Positions 38,183-54,601 of a stretch of 64,000 nt of DNA are shown one piece after another. Numbering within the stretch: position 1 is the first letter of the stretch; the number at the start of each line of letters is the position of its first letter. This DNA comes from Candidatus Nanopelagicales bacterium (GTDB lineage Bacteria; Actinomycetota; Actinomycetes; S36-B12): positions 14,106 through 78,105 of the forward strand of contig JBMTDJ010000001.1 of assembly GCA_049431945.1 (NCBI GenBank), given 5' to 3'. Both the position numbers and the translations under genes were made by a program. The notes under the pieces are model-generated. The model worked only from the letters and a program-made list of their open reading frames with translations. It did not search any database and was not told the origin of the DNA.

Positions 38183-39305
38183 CGCCCATCTCCTCAGCCA
38201 GCTTCATGGCTTCCTCGATCAAGGTCTCGACGATCTGGTGCTCGGGCACGGTCTTGATGACCTCGCCGCGGACGAAGATCTGCCCCTTGCCGTTGCCGGA
38301 GGCGACGCCGAGATCGGCTTCGCGCGCCTCGCCCGGACCGTTGACGACGCAGCCCATGACCGCGACGCGCAGCGGCACCTCCAGGCCCTCGAGGCCGGCC
38401 GTGACCTGCTCGGCGAGGGTGTAGACATCGACCTGCGCGCGGCCACACGAGGGGCACGACACGATCTCGAGCCCTCGCTGGCGGAGGTTGAGGGATTCGA
38501 GGATGCCGATGCCGACTTTGACCTCCTCGACCGGCGGCGCGGACAGCGAGACGCGGATGGTGTCGCCGATTCCCTGCGAGAGCAGCGCGCCAAAGGCGAC
38601 GGCCGACTTGATCGTGCCCTGGAATGCGGGCCCCGCCTCGGTGACACCGAGGTGCAGCGGGTAGTCGCACTGGGCCGCGAGCAGCCGGTATGCCTGCACC
38701 ATGACGACGGGGTCATGGTGCTTGACCGAGATCTTGATGTCTCCGAAGCCGTGCTCCTCGAACAGCGACGCCTCCCACAGCGCCGATTCCACGAGCGCCT
38801 CGGGAGTTGCCTTGCCGTACTTCTCCAGCAGCCGCTTGTCCAGCGAGCCAGCATTGACACCGATGCGGATCGGGGTGCCCATGTCGTTGGCGGCGCGCGC
38901 GATCTCCTTGACCTTGTCGTCGAACTGCTTGATGTTGCCGGGGTTGACGCGTACACCAGCGCAACCTGCCTCGAGGGCGGCGAAGACGTACTTGGGCTGG
39001 AAGTGGATATCGGCGACGACCGGGATCCCGGACTTCTTCGCGATAAGCGGGAGCGCGTCGGCGTCGTCCTGACTCGGCACGGCCACGCGCACGATCTGGC
39101 ACCCCGCGGCGGTGAGCTCGGCGATCTGCTGGAGCGTCGCGTTGACGTCGGCCGTCAAGGTGGTGGCCATCGACTGGACGCTCACAGGGGCGTCGCCGCC
39201 CACTTTCACCGGGTGCGTGGGATGCCGCAGGACCAGTTGGCGCGTCTGGCGGCGGGGGGCCAGCGTGGGAGGCGGAGCGGCGGGCAGGCCCAGGTCGATG
39301 CTCAC
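38145..39305 (-). CDS. ispG: 4-hydroxy-3-methylbut-2-en-1-yl diphosphate synthase
   Basis: GcpE family: [11 protein letters not shown]...NPGN..., with C-terminal Cys ligands (SCPSCGR...GCVVNGPGE). Confidence 0.95.
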   Translation of the reverse strand: MSIDLGLPAAPPPTLAPRRQTRQLVLRHPTHPVKVGGDAPVSVQSMATTLTADVNATLQQIAELTAAGCQIVRVAVPSQDDADALPLIAKKSGIPVVADIHFQPKYVFAALEAGCAGVRVNPGNIKQFDDKVKEIARAANDMGTPIRIGVNAGSLDKRLLEKYGKATPEALVESALWEASLFEEHGFGDIKISVKHHDPVVMVQAYRLLAAQCDYPLHLGVTEAGPAFQGTIKSAVAFGALLSQGIGDTIRVSLSAPPVEEVKVGIGILESLNLRQRGLEIVSCPSCGRAQVDVYTLAEQVTAGLEGLEVPLRVAVMGCVVNGPGEAREADLGVASGNGKGQIFVRGEVIKTVPEHQIVETLIEEAMKLAEEMGDDSAGDPVVTVG

Positions 39306-39363
39306 TCGGCCAGTATCCCCGACCCAGGCACCTCGGACATCTCGGGCCCGCGCACCACGGCGA

Positions 39364-40683
39364 TCATCCGAGGGTCAGCGGCTTGACCAGATCAGCGAAG
39401 ATCACGACACCGCCGACGACAACCAGGGCGATGGCCACGACGTAGGCGACGGGCATGAGGCGCGCCACGTCGACCGGACCTGGGTCTGGTTTGCGCCGCA
39501 CACGGGCCCACTGCCGACGTCCACCCTCGTAGAGAGCACCAGCCACGTGCCCGCCGTCCAAAGGCAGGATCGGAAGCAGGTTGAACAAGAAGAGGAAGAG
39601 GTTGAGCGACGCGGCGAGGCCAAGGAAGAGCGCGAGCTTGGCCTCGACCGGCTCCTGCGATGCGACGACCTCGCCGCCGAGGCGGCTCACACCCACCACG
39701 CTGACCGGGCTGTCGATCTGGCGATCGCCGCCGCCGATCAAGGTCTCCGTGACGAGTTCGTAGACCCGCACGGGGAGCGACACGAGGGCCACGGCCGACC
39801 GCGCGGTGAGGTCCCACATCTGCGCGGGGACTGAACTCCAAGGCTGCGGCACGTATTCGATCTCTGGACGCACGCCGAGGAAACCGGTGGTCTCCGTCTC
39901 GCCCGTCGGCGCTCCGGCATCGTCGTAGACCGGCCGCGTCACGCTCGCGGTCTGCACGGCCAACTCCACCGTGGTCCCGTCGGGACGTTGCACCGTGAGG
40001 ACGCCCGGCGCGGCACCGGCGGCGCGGATGCGATCGGTGAGCTCGTCCCAGCTGGTCGCCGGGGTGCCGTCGTACGCCGTGATCCGATCTCCGGATTGCA
40101 GGCCCGCGGCCGCAGCGGGCGAGAGCCCGGTGGCGCACTCCCCTGCCGCGTCTGGCTCCCCGGCAGGGGCCTCGACGGTCGGCACGCACGGCACCACGGC
40201 GGACACGGTGAGGCTCGGTTGCGGGACGCCGATCCCCACGAGAACCGCGGCGAACAGGAAGAAAGCAAGCACAAGATTCATGAAGGGGCCGCCGAGCATG
40301 ATGATGACCCGCTTGTGCACCGGCAGCTTGTAGAAGACCCGGTCCTCGTCACCGGGCGCGATCTCCTCGAGGGACTGGCGACGGGCGTCCTCGACGAGGA
40401 GGGCCAGTCGGCCAGTGGACATCGTGCGCGCCGTGCCCTCCGGGGCGTCCTTGGGTGGCGGCAGCATGCCGATCATCCGGATATAGCCGCCGACCGGGAT
40501 GCCCTTGATGCCGTACGACGTCTCGCCTCGCTTGGCGGACCAGATCGTGGGACCGAAGCCCACCATGTACTCGGTGACCTTGACGCCGAACTTCTTCGCG
40601 GGGACCAGATGGCCGATCTCATGGAGCGCGATGGAGGCGAGGATGAGCAGGAAGAACAGGACGATGCCCACGACCTCCCACAT
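39364..40683 (-). CDS. rip1: M50 site-2 protease (RseP/Rip1 type)
   Basis: [13 protein letters not shown], a PDZ-like insert and [12 protein letters not shown]. The ATG overlaps the dxr stop. Confidence 0.9.
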   Translation of the reverse strand: MWEVVGIVLFFLLILASIALHEIGHLVPAKKFGVKVTEYMVGFGPTIWSAKRGETSYGIKGIPVGGYIRMIGMLPPPKDAPEGTARTMSTGRLALLVEDARRQSLEEIAPGDEDRVFYKLPVHKRVIIMLGGPFMNLVLAFFLFAAVLVGIGVPQPSLTVSAVVPCVPTVEAPAGEPDAAGECATGLSPAAAAGLQSGDRITAYDGTPATSWDELTDRIRAAGAAPGVLTVQRPDGTTVELAVQTASVTRPVYDDAGAPTGETETTGFLGVRPEIEYVPQPWSSVPAQMWDLTARSAVALVSLPVRVYELVTETLIGGGDRQIDSPVSVVGVSRLGGEVVASQEPVEAKLALFLGLAASLNLFLFLFNLLPILPLDGGHVAGALYEGGRRQWARVRRKPDPGPVDVARLMPVAYVVAIALVVVGGVVIFADLVKPLTLG

Positions 40684-41795
40684 CAGCGCATCCCTTCGAT
40701 CAGCTCCTCGGCCCGAGACCGTGCCCAGTCATCTGCGTCAAGGACGTCCGCAACGGTGATGGGGTTCCCAGGACCTTGATTGTCGCCTGAGATGTGCTCT
40801 CGAAGCACCTCGGACACGACCTCGACGATTCCGAGGTAGGGCAATCGTCCGTCGAGGAAGGCCGCCACACACGCCTCGTCGGCACCGTTGAAGACGGCCG
40901 GGGCGGTGCCGCCGGCGGCGCCCGCCTCACGCGCGAGCCCCAGGGCCGGGAAGGCGACATGGTCGACGGGCCAGAAATCCCAGGTGGCAGCAGTCGACCA
41001 GTCGCAGGCGGGGGCGGCACCGGGGACCCTGTCGGGCCAGCCCAGCGCCCAGGCGATGGGGATCCTCATATCCGGCGGGCTGGCCTGGGCGATCGTCGAC
41101 CCGTCCGCGAACTCCACCATGGAGTGGACGATCGACTGCGGGTGGATCACCACGTCGATGCGATCAAAGGAAACATCGAAGAGCAGATGTGCCTCGATCA
41201 CCTCCAGACCCTTGTTGACCAGGGTCGAGGAGTTGATCGTCACGAGCGGGCCCATGCTCCAGGTCGGGTGCGCAAGCGCCTGCTCGACCGTCACCTCCGC
41301 GAGCCGTTCGCGGGTCCATCCACGAAACGGACCGCCGCTCGCCGTGAGGATGAGGCGCGACACCTCGGACCTCGATCCCGACATGAGGCACTGCGCCAGG
41401 GCCGAGTGCTCGGAGTCGACGGGACGGATCTGCCCGGGCTGTGCGAGCGCCTTCACCAGCGGGCCGCCGATGATGAGCGATTCCTTGTTCGCCAAAGCCA
41501 GCGCCGTGCCGGCCTCCAGCGCACGCAACGTCGGAAGCAGTCCTGCAGCCCCGGCCAAGGCATTGAGGACGACGTCGGCCGGACGGGCAGCGAGATCGGC
41601 GGACTCGGCTTCGCCGATGGCGACGTCCGCGACGCCGAAGGCCCGGGCCTGCTCGGCCAGCAGGTCCGGCTGACCCCCTCCCGCCGAGAGGCCCACCACG
41701 CGGAAAAGGTCCGGATTGCGGACGATCACGTCGAGGGCCTGGCGGCCGATGGACCCCGTGGAACCGAGGATGATCACATCTCGACGCTCGGCCAC
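40683..41795 (-). CDS. dxr: 1-deoxy-D-xylulose 5-phosphate reductoisomerase
   Basis: [21 protein letters not shown] and the DSEHSA motif. GTG start. Confidence 0.95.
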   Translation of the reverse strand: MAERRDVIILGSTGSIGRQALDVIVRNPDLFRVVGLSAGGGQPDLLAEQARAFGVADVAIGEAESADLAARPADVVLNALAGAAGLLPTLRALEAGTALALANKESLIIGGPLVKALAQPGQIRPVDSEHSALAQCLMSGSRSEVSRLILTASGGPFRGWTRERLAEVTVEQALAHPTWSMGPLVTINSSTLVNKGLEVIEAHLLFDVSFDRIDVVIHPQSIVHSMVEFADGSTIAQASPPDMRIPIAWALGWPDRVPGAAPACDWSTAATWDFWPVDHVAFPALGLAREAGAAGGTAPAVFNGADEACVAAFLDGRLPYLGIVEVVSEVLREHISGDNQGPGNPITVADVLDADDWARSRAEELIEGMR

Positions 41796-41808
41796 GGTGA
41801 GATTGTCC

Positions 41809-41814
41809 TACGCT
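41809..41814 (+). promoter_or_regulatory. -10-like TACGCT placed for a leaderless gabT mRNA starting at ATG 41822
   Basis: TACGCT is followed by 7 nt and then ATG 41822. Only 20 nt separate the divergent dxr and gabT track starts and there is no SD. Confidence 0.3.
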
Positions 41815-41815
41815 C

Positions 41816-43165
41816 GTGCCTATGACCGACACCCTGCTCCCCACTGTCACCGAGCTCCCCCAGGTGCGCCGCCTCGTCACCGAGATGCCCGGACCTCGTT
41901 CACGAGCACTCATGGAGCGTCGCGGAGCGGCCATCTCGGCCGGCGTCGGCGGGATGATGCCAGTCTTTGCCGAGCGCGCCGGCGGCGGCGTCATCGTCGA
42001 CGTCGATGGCAACTCCCTTATCGACCTCGGGTCGGGTATCGCGGTCACCACGGTGGGCAATGCACACCCGCTCGTGGTCGAGCGCGTGCAGCGGCAGGTG
42101 GCTGAGTTCACCCATACCTGCTTCATGGTGACGCCGTACGCCGGCTACGTCGAGGTGTGCGAGGCGCTCAATCGACTCACACCCGGCGATCACGCCAAGA
42201 AGTCGGCCCTGTTCAATTCCGGGGCAGAGGCAGTGGAGAACGCTGTCAAGATCGCTCGCGCCTACACCAAGCGCCAGGCCGTCGTCGTCTTCGACCACGG
42301 CTATCACGGCCGCACCAACCTCACAATGGCGCTCACGGCGAAGAACATGCCGTACAAGCACTCCTTCGGGCCGTTTGCGCCCGAGGTCTACCGCATGCCC
42401 ATGTCCTACCCCTTCCGCGACGGCCCGCACACGGGTGCCGAGGTCGCCTCATGGGCCACGACCAAGATGGAAAAGGAGATCGGCGGCACCAATATCGCCG
42501 CGATCATCATTGAGCCCATTCAGGGCGAGGGCGGCTTCATCGTGCCGGCAGAGGGCTTCCTGCCCGCGCTCAAGACCTACGCGGAGCAGCACGGCATCGT
42601 CTTCGTGTCCGATGAGATCCAGACGGGCTTCTGCCGCACCGGGAACTGGTTCGCCAGCGAGCACGAAGGCGTCGTCCCCGACATGATCACGACCGCGAAG
42701 GGCATCGCTGGCGGTATGCCGCTCGCCGCGGTCACCGGTCGGGCCGAGATCATGGACGCCGTGCACGCGGGAGGCCTCGGCGGCACCTACGGCGGCAATC
42801 CCGTCGCCTGCGCAGCGGCACTCGGATCGATCGAGGCCATGGAAACCGAGGACTTGAACGCACGCGCACTCGCGGTCGGCGCCATCATGCGCGAGCGACT
42901 GCAGGCCCTTCAGGTCGCACATCCGGAGGTCGGCGACATCCGCGGCCGCGGAGCGATGATGGCCATCGAGCTGGTCAAGCCGGGGACCACCGACCCCGAC
43001 CCCGATCTGGCCGGTCGCGTGTCCAAGGCTGCTCATGCTCAGGGCGTCGTCACCCTCACGTGCGGCACCTATGGCAACGTCCTGCGCTTCCTGCCGCCGC
43101 TCTCGATCCCCGACGATCTCCTGCGAGAGGGCCTGGACATCGTCGCCGCTGGCTTCGACGCCTAG
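41816..43165 (+). CDS. gabT: 4-aminobutyrate--2-oxoglutarate transaminase
   Basis: Class III aminotransferase ([10 protein letters not shown]..., PLP Lys in [11 protein letters not shown]). The start may be ATG 41822 instead of GTG 41816. Confidence 0.9.
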   Translation: MPMTDTLLPTVTELPQVRRLVTEMPGPRSRALMERRGAAISAGVGGMMPVFAERAGGGVIVDVDGNSLIDLGSGIAVTTVGNAHPLVVERVQRQVAEFTHTCFMVTPYAGYVEVCEALNRLTPGDHAKKSALFNSGAEAVENAVKIARAYTKRQAVVVFDHGYHGRTNLTMALTAKNMPYKHSFGPFAPEVYRMPMSYPFRDGPHTGAEVASWATTKMEKEIGGTNIAAIIIEPIQGEGGFIVPAEGFLPALKTYAEQHGIVFVSDEIQTGFCRTGNWFASEHEGVVPDMITTAKGIAGGMPLAAVTGRAEIMDAVHAGGLGGTYGGNPVACAAALGSIEAMETEDLNARALAVGAIMRERLQALQVAHPEVGDIRGRGAMMAIELVKPGTTDPDPDLAGRVSKAAHAQGVVTLTCGTYGNVLRFLPPLSIPDDLLREGLDIVAAGFDA

Positions 43166-44055
43166 CGCCTACCGCCAGGGCCCGCGTCGAGAAGTCGCAG
43201 GATCTCGTCCGCTGCATCGTCGACGGAGGAGTTGACGACGGTGTGGTCGAACTCGTCCTCGGCGGCCAGTTCGACCCGCGCGGTCGCCAGGCGCCGCGCG
43301 ATGACGTCATCCGGCTCGGTGCGCCGACCCTGGAGGCGCTCAACGAGCACATCCCATGACGGCGGCGCCAGGAAGACCCGCGTCGCCTCAGGCGCGCTGT
43401 CGCGCACCTGACGGGCTCCTTGCAGTTCGATCTCCAGCAGGACGTCGTGTCCCGCGGCGAGTTGGTCGTCGACCGGGGCCGCCGGCGTGCCGTAGAGATG
43501 GCCGGCGAACTCCGCCCATTCCAGCAATTGGCCGCCGGCGATCATCTGCTCGAAGCGGTCACGGTCGACGAAGTGGTAGTGCTCTCCGTCGATCTCACCC
43601 TCGCGCGGAGGCCTGGTCGTCGCCGATACGGAGAAGTGCAGTCGGGGACGGCGCTCCCGCACACGGGTGACGACACTGGACTTGCCCACCCCCGATGGCC
43701 CTGACAGCACGAGCAAGCGGCCGCGACCTCGTGCACCGGAGTCCGGGTCCAGGGCGGCAACGAGTGCCGCCACCTGATGGTCGCCGAGACCGCGGAGTCG
43801 GCGGGACTCGGCGATGTGGCAATCCACGAGAATGTGGGTGGCCCGGGCCGGACCGATGCCAGGACATGCTTCGACAAGGTCCCTGGCCCGCATCCTGCCC
43901 ACCGCGGGATCGTCCATCCTCAGGCCGAGGATCTCGCGGACAGATCCGCCCTCGGCGAGCTGACGCTTGATCTCGGCACGGCGACGTCGCGCTGCGAGTG
44001 CGAGTTCTCGCCCCCGCGCTCGCGCGTCCTCGTCCAAACTCGGACGCTCAGCCAT
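43162..44055 (-). CDS. gmk: In-frame fusion: integration host factor mIHF-like domain plus guanylate kinase
   Basis: ATG 44055 lies 2 nt after the pyrF stop. Residues 1-105 are mIHF-like (...[18 protein letters not shown]). With no stop codon the frame continues into [15 protein letters not shown]...[17 protein letters not shown] (guanylate kinase). The part of the track ORF upstream of 44055 overlaps pyrF and was discarded. Confidence 0.75.
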   Translation of the reverse strand: MAERPSLDEDARARGRELALAARRRRAEIKRQLAEGGSVREILGLRMDDPAVGRMRARDLVEACPGIGPARATHILVDCHIAESRRLRGLGDHQVAALVAALDPDSGARGRGRLLVLSGPSGVGKSSVVTRVRERRPRLHFSVSATTRPPREGEIDGEHYHFVDRDRFEQMIAGGQLLEWAEFAGHLYGTPAAPVDDQLAAGHDVLLEIELQGARQVRDSAPEATRVFLAPPSWDVLVERLQGRRTEPDDVIARRLATARVELAAEDEFDHTVVNSSVDDAADEILRLLDAGPGGRR

Positions 44056-44761
44056 CGACGAGTTCCCGCGCGATCGCCGCCGCAGCCGCCGCGGGATCCG
44101 TGGCCCCGGTGATGGGTCGGCCGATGACCAGCAGGTCCGCGCCCCGGTCGAGGGCCTGCCGAGGGGTGGCGACACGGCGCTGGTCACCCGCATCCGCGCC
44201 CGCGGGGCGCACGCCGGGGGTGATGAGCACCACGTCGCGACCCGACAGGGCCGCACGAACGTCGGCCACCTCTTGAGGTGAACACACAATCGCTCGCGCC
44301 CCCGCGTCGACGGCGGTCACGGCAAGGTGCACGGCGAGCGCGCCCGCGGAGTCGACACCGGCTCCCAGCAGATCCAGTGCACGCAGGTCCTCGGTGGACA
44401 AGGACGTGAGCACGGTCACGGCGACAACCCGGGTGTTCGGCAGCGCCTCGGCGGCAGCCGCGATCATCGCGCGGCCGCCGGACGCATGGACCGTGAGGTA
44501 GTCCGGTGCGAGATCCGCGACGGCGCCTGCGGCACCGGCCACGGTGGCCGGGATGTCGTGGAGTTTGAGGTCCAGGAAGAGATGGCACTCCGGGGCTGAG
44601 TCACGTGCCGCGGCCACGGCGGCACGCCCGTCACGGAGGTAGGTCTCCAGCCCCACCTTGAGTGTGCTCACATGCGGCCCTACCGCCTGTGCCCATGCGG
44701 AGAGGGTCGGCAGATCGGGGGCGTCGAGGGCGACGGCGATGGGAGCCCGGGTCACACCCAC
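44048..44761 (-). CDS. pyrF: Orotidine 5'-phosphate decarboxylase
   Basis: IAVALDAPD...[14 protein letters not shown]. The start is GTG 44761 or GTG 44755; the latter gives a GTGA overlap with the pyrD stop. Confidence 0.92.
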   Translation of the reverse strand: MGVTRAPIAVALDAPDLPTLSAWAQAVGPHVSTLKVGLETYLRDGRAAVAAARDSAPECHLFLDLKLHDIPATVAGAAGAVADLAPDYLTVHASGGRAMIAAAAEALPNTRVVAVTVLTSLSTEDLRALDLLGAGVDSAGALAVHLAVTAVDAGARAIVCSPQEVADVRAALSGRDVVLITPGVRPAGADAGDQRRVATPRQALDRGADLLVIGRPITGATDPAAAAAAIARELVDG

Positions 44762-45777
44762 TCCGGAAGACCGAGGTCGTCATCGTCGCTCTCCGGCTCG
44801 GGCTCAGGTTCACGGTGGGCATAGGACACCGCATCGCGCACGGATGCGAAGCCGCGCTCCGAGGCGAGCCTGGCGAGTTCGCCGTGGATGCGCGCGGGAG
44901 CGGAAGGGTCGTGGAAGGTCACGGTACCCACGGACACCGCATCGGCCCCGGCGAGGATGAACTCGAATGCATCCGCGCCATTGCGGATGCCGCCCATTCC
45001 AATGAGGGGGATGTCGGGGAGAACGTCGCGAACCTGCCAGATGCAACGCACGGCGATGGGCCGAATCGCCGGACCGGAGAGTCCCCCGGTCACACCCGCG
45101 AGGGCTGGGCGCATCGTCTCAGTGTCGATCACCATGCCCAGGGTGGTGTTGATCAGGGACAGTCCGTCCGCGCCTGCCCTGACGCAGGCGAGCGCGATGG
45201 TGGCGATGTCGGTGACGTCGGGCGAGAGCTTGGCGAAGATCGGGATGCTCGGATCAGTGGACCGCCGTACGCCGCTGATGACGGCCGCTGAGGAGTCCGC
45301 CCGGCAGGCGAACACCTGTCCCCTGTCGGCGACATTGGGACAGGAGATGTTGACTTCGATGGCGTCGAAGCCCCCGTGCTGGCGGAGAATCTTGGCGAGA
45401 TCCTCGAACTCCTGGGTGGTGCCCCCCGCGATCGACACGATGACGCGTGCGCCGCGCTCCCGCAGCCACGCGAGATCACGCTCGATGAAGGCATGGACGC
45501 CAGGGCCCTGAAGTCCGATCGAGTTGAGCATTCCGCTGGGCGTCTCGGCCATGCGCGGAGTCGCCCGCCCGGACCGCGGCTCCATCATGATGCTCTTGGT
45601 CACCACGGCGCCGATCGACGTGATATCGAAGAACTGATCGAGTTCTCGTCCGGACGCCGCACAGCCCGAGGCCGTAAGCACCGGGCTAGGCAGGCCGACC
45701 GGGCCTAGTCGGGTAGACATGTCGATATTCGGCGCTGCAGCCGCGACGCTGCCCTGCCGCACGACAGCGCGCGTCAT
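44752..45777 (-). CDS. pyrD: Dihydroorotate dehydrogenase, class 1B catalytic subunit
   Basis: LTASGC..., NSIGLQGPG, and EVNISCPN with the catalytic Cys. ATG 45777 overlaps the pyrK stop (ATGA). It has an acidic C-terminal extension. Confidence 0.9.
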   Translation of the reverse strand: MTRAVVRQGSVAAAAPNIDMSTRLGPVGLPSPVLTASGCAASGRELDQFFDITSIGAVVTKSIMMEPRSGRATPRMAETPSGMLNSIGLQGPGVHAFIERDLAWLRERGARVIVSIAGGTTQEFEDLAKILRQHGGFDAIEVNISCPNVADRGQVFACRADSSAAVISGVRRSTDPSIPIFAKLSPDVTDIATIALACVRAGADGLSLINTTLGMVIDTETMRPALAGVTGGLSGPAIRPIAVRCIWQVRDVLPDIPLIGMGGIRNGADAFEFILAGADAVSVGTVTFHDPSAPARIHGELARLASERGFASVRDAVSYAHREPEPEPESDDDDLGLPEWV

Positions 45778-46636
45778 GACGTCCTCCCCTCGACCTGCGG
45801 AGCTCCGAGCGTGTCCGGTGGGATCGTGCCGACGTCCGCCCACCGGACCCGGTCCCCGCGGAAGATGGGACCTTCGACGCAGGAGCGCAGCATCCGCGTG
45901 ACGCCGTCATCGCCGATCACCGGAAGGACGCAGGTCATACAGACCCCGACACCGCACGCCATCGACTCCTCGACCGCGCACTGGCTGTAGATGCCCGCAT
46001 CCGATGCGATGCCCGCGACCGCCGCGAGCATGCCCATGGGGCCGCAGGCGTAGACGACGTCCGTGTTGGCGCGCTCGATCGCCTCGCGCAAATGATCCGT
46101 CACGAGCCCGGTGCGTCCCAGGGAACCGTCCTCGGTCGTGATGGCCACCGTGGACGCGATGCGCTTGGCCTCGAGAACGCCGAAGAGCTTCTCCTCCGTC
46201 GAGGCCCCGAGAATGACGTCGACGCGGCATCCCCTGGCTCGCAGGTGATCGGCTAGGAAGACCAGTGGCGCGGATCCGTATCCACCGCCGACGAGCAGAC
46301 ACGACGCCGGATCGCGAGGCAGGGCGAACGGCTTGCCCAGGGGCGCGACGATGTCGAGCACATCGCCTCGGCGTCGCTGGACGAGCCAGTGGGTGCCGGG
46401 GCCCGAGTCGGCGACGACCAGGTCGATGGTGCCGCCGTAGATCCCTCGCGACTGGACGCCATGAATAGAGAACGCTCGACGCAGGATGAGCCCCGACGAG
46501 TCGAGGTCTCCGATGGCGAGGGTGGCGAAGTTGCCCGGCCGCGCGAGTTCAGGCACGCCCGGGGCCGTCACGGTGAGCACGTGGTACTGCCCGGCCCTGC
46601 GCACCGAGACCACTTCGCCCCTGACCTGCACGGGCA

Positions 46637-46637
<1 letters not shown>
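45774..46637 (-). CDS. pyrK: Dihydroorotate dehydrogenase electron transfer subunit
   Basis: FAD/NAD-binding fold and a C-terminal 2Fe-2S cluster motif, MACGVGVCMTCV. ATG 46637 overlaps the carB stop (TGATG). Confidence 0.88.
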
Positions 46638-49929
<3,292 letters not shown>

Positions 49930-49930
<1 letters not shown>

Positions 49931-51051
49931 CAGCGATCCCCCGCCATCATGCGAGCGAACTCGTCGAAGAGGTCGGCGGCATCGTGGGGACCTGCGGCCG
50001 CCTCGGGGTGGTACTGCACGCTGAAGGCCGGCGCATCGAGGCAGCGCAGGCCCTCCACGACATCGTCGTTGAGACAGACATGGCTGACCTGAACCCGTCC
50101 GTACGCCGTATCGATGACCTCGCCGATCGGCGCATCGACGGCGAATCCGTGGTTATGCGCCGTCACCGCGACGCGACCCGTGGCCACGTCCTGCACCGGC
50201 TGGTTGATCCCGCGGTGTCCGAACCTCAACTTGTAGGTGCCGAAGCCGAGGGCCCGACCGAGCATCTGATGGCCGAAGCAGATCCCGAAGACCGGCCGAC
50301 GCGCCTCGAGCGCAGCCCGCACGAGGGACACCGCATGCTCGGCGACCGCCGGATCGCCTGGACCATTGGAGAAGAAGACCCCGTCGCGTCCCAGGGCGAG
50401 CATCTCCTGCGCGCTCACGTCCCCGGGCAGGACGTGCACCGTCATGCCGCGCTCGGCCATGCGGTGGGGGGTCATCGACTTGATGCCGAGGTCGATCGCC
50501 GCCACGACGAAGCGCTCTTGGCCGATCGCAGACACGACATAGGGCTCGCTGACGGTGACGTCGCCGGTGAGGTCGCAGCCGGCCATGGCCGGCGCCTCGA
50601 GCACGCGGGCGACCAGGTCCGCATCGCTCGCGTCGGCGTCCGCGCCACTGAAGATGCCGACACGCATCGCACCCCGATCACGCAGATGCCGGGTGAGCGC
50701 GCGAGTGTCGATTCCCTGGATGCCGACGACACCAGCATCGACCAGGTCGTCCTCGAGTGTCCTGCGCGAGCGCCAGTTCGACGGGATGGGCGATGGATCA
50801 CGGACGACGTAGCCCGACACCCAGATCCGTCGCGACTCCGGGTCGTCATCGTTCATTCCCGTGTTGCCGACATGCGGCGCCGTCATCACGACCACCTGCC
50901 CGCGGTACGACGGGTCCGTCAGGGTCTCCTGGTAGCCCGTCATGCCTGTCGAGAAGACGGCCTCGCCGAGAGTCGAGCCCACGGCCCCGTAGGCACGACC
51001 ACGGAAGACGCGCCCGTCCTCGAGGACGAGCAGGGCACGCTCGGTCTTCAT
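49930..51051 (-). CDS. carA: Carbamoyl-phosphate synthase small subunit
   Basis: GATase triad region GICFGHQML, with HNHGF. The ATG overlaps the upstream stop (ATGA). Confidence 0.96.
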
Positions 51052-51614
51052 CTGGCCATCCCTCCTGCTCGGCCCTGCTCTGCGGACAGCGCCTGGATCG
51101 CCTCCAGCAGCACGCTCTGGTCCGCGGAGGCGTCAGCCCGCAGCCCGGTGTCGATCAGCCTGCCACCTAGCTCCCACGTCACGACCAGCACCCCGTCGCG
51201 CTCGTAGGCCTTGCCCGCCAGTCCCCGGGCAAGACCCGCGCCGCGCAGACTCTCGGCCGGGATGAGCACATCGCGCGCCCCGTGCCGCCATAGGGCGACC
51301 CCGTCGGACCGCACCTGGATAACGACCCGACTGCGGACGCCGAGGTCATGGACGACGATCCGGTCGAGCCAGTCGCCGTGGGACGTCGACCCGACGAAGA
51401 CGCCCGACACCACGCCGTCCCCGCCAGGCTCGCCACCCGGCTCCGGCGGGACCGGGATATCGCCCTGCGAACGAGCCCGTCGCTTCCACCCACGGCGCAT
51501 GCCCAGCAGGACCAGGCCGATCACCGCGACGACCACGAGCACCAGCAGGATGCGCAGGGGCCACTGCGTGACCGGGGCGGACCCCGGCTCGGCCGCGAGC
51601 AGGGATGCGATCAC
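51048..51614 (-). CDS. Conserved hypothetical membrane protein embedded in the pyr operon
   Basis: GTG 51614 overlaps the pyrC stop (GTGA). One TM helix ([19 protein letters not shown]) is followed by a soluble beta-rich domain. A membrane protein occupies the same slot between pyrC and carA in M. tuberculosis (remembered). Confidence 0.65.
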   Translation of the reverse strand: MIASLLAAEPGSAPVTQWPLRILLVLVVVAVIGLVLLGMRRGWKRRARSQGDIPVPPEPGGEPGGDGVVSGVFVGSTSHGDWLDRIVVHDLGVRSRVVIQVRSDGVALWRHGARDVLIPAESLRGAGLARGLAGKAYERDGVLVVTWELGGRLIDTGLRADASADQSVLLEAIQALSAEQGRAGGMAR

Positions 51615-52899
51615 GCGAGCGCCCCGTCGATGACTGTCGGGCGCCCGCGCAGCACCGTATGGACCACGGCGCCGCGCATCTCGCGCTCGAGGAACGGAGT
51701 GTTGGCGCTGCGCGATGGAGAGCGGGATGGGTCGACCGTCCATCTCGCGTCGGGGTCGACCACGACGAGGGTCGCCGGCTCCCCGACGGCGATGGGCCTG
51801 CCCTGATCGGCAAGCCTGGCGATGCGCGCGGGCTTCTCGGACATGCGGTCGGCGACTGCCCGCCAGCCCAGGCGCCCGGGCCCGACCATCGTCTCCATCA
51901 CCACCGGGAAGGCCGTCTCCAAGCCGAGCATGCCGAACGCTCCCGCGGCCCACTCGCAGTCCTTGTCCTCACGCGCATGGGGGGCGTGATCGGTCGCCAC
52001 CACATCGATCGTGCCGTCAGCGAGACCCTCGCGCACGGCCTCGACATCGTCCGCCGAACGCAGGGGCGGGTTGACCTTGAAGCGCGGATCGTAGGTGCGA
52101 GCGAGGTCCTCCGTGAGGATGAGGTGGTGCGGTGTGACCTCGGCCGTGACCTCGACACCGCGCTCCTTGGCCCAACGGACGATGTCGACGGAGCCGCGCG
52201 TGGACAGGTGACAGATGTGCACGCGCGATCCGACATGCTGGGCGAGGAGTAGGTCACGCGCGATGATCGCCTCCTCAGCCACCGCGGGCCAGCCACGCAG
52301 ACCGAGCACGCCCGAGAGTTCGCCCTCGTTCATCTGCGCCCCCTCGGTGAGTCGGGGGTCCTGCGCGTGCTGCGCGATGACACCGTCGAAGGACTTGACG
52401 TACTCGAGTGCGCGGCGCATGAGCACCGGGTCACTCACACAGACGCCGTCGTCGCTGAAGATGCGCACTCGCGCTGCCGAGTCAGCCATGGCGCCGAGCT
52501 CGGCCAGTCGCTCGCCCTGGAGGCCCACGGTGACGGCGCCCACCGGGTGCACGTCGCAGTGGCCGGCCTCGACTCCGCGCCGCCACACCTGCTCCACGAC
52601 GCCAGCGGTGTCCGCCACCGGATTGGTATTGGCCATGGCGTGGACGGCGGTGAATCCCCCGAGGGCCGCGGAGGCTGTGCCCGAGGCGATGGTCTCGGCA
52701 TCCTCTCGACCGGGCTCGCGCAGGTGGGTGTGCAGGTCAACGAAGCCGGGCAGCACGATGAGACCGTGGCCGTCGAGGACGTCGTCTCCGGTTGAGACGA
52801 CAGCGGTGCCCGCCGGGGCGATGGCGGCGATCAGGCCGTCGCGCCACGTGATGTCGACGGCCTCCTCGCCGTAGGGGCGGACGTTGACCATATGCGTTG

Positions 52900-52903
<4 letters not shown>
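51611..52903 (-). CDS. pyrC: Dihydroorotase
   Basis: [12 protein letters not shown] metal-binding motif. 430 aa. GTGA overlap with the pyrB stop. Confidence 0.95.
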
Positions 52904-54524
<1,621 letters not shown>

Positions 54525-54601
54525 ACCCACCTGCACGCAGATCGACGCAGCGCCACGGCCGTGTGACCACTGAGGCTGGCGTGGCCAAGGAGGTGGTCGG
54601 G

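Noticed and set aside
38118-39386. 422-aa plus-strand ORF
   Set aside because: Antisense to ispG.
44056-44289. Upstream extension of the mIHF-gmk ORF (track start 44289)
   Set aside because: It would overlap pyrF by ~240 nt in another frame. The mIHF-like sequence begins at ATG 44055, 2 nt after the pyrF stop.
51615-51953. 5' extension of ORF 51048..51953
   Set aside because: It overlaps the pyrC 3' end out of frame. GTG 51614 gives the canonical GTGA coupling, and the product then begins close to its TM helix.
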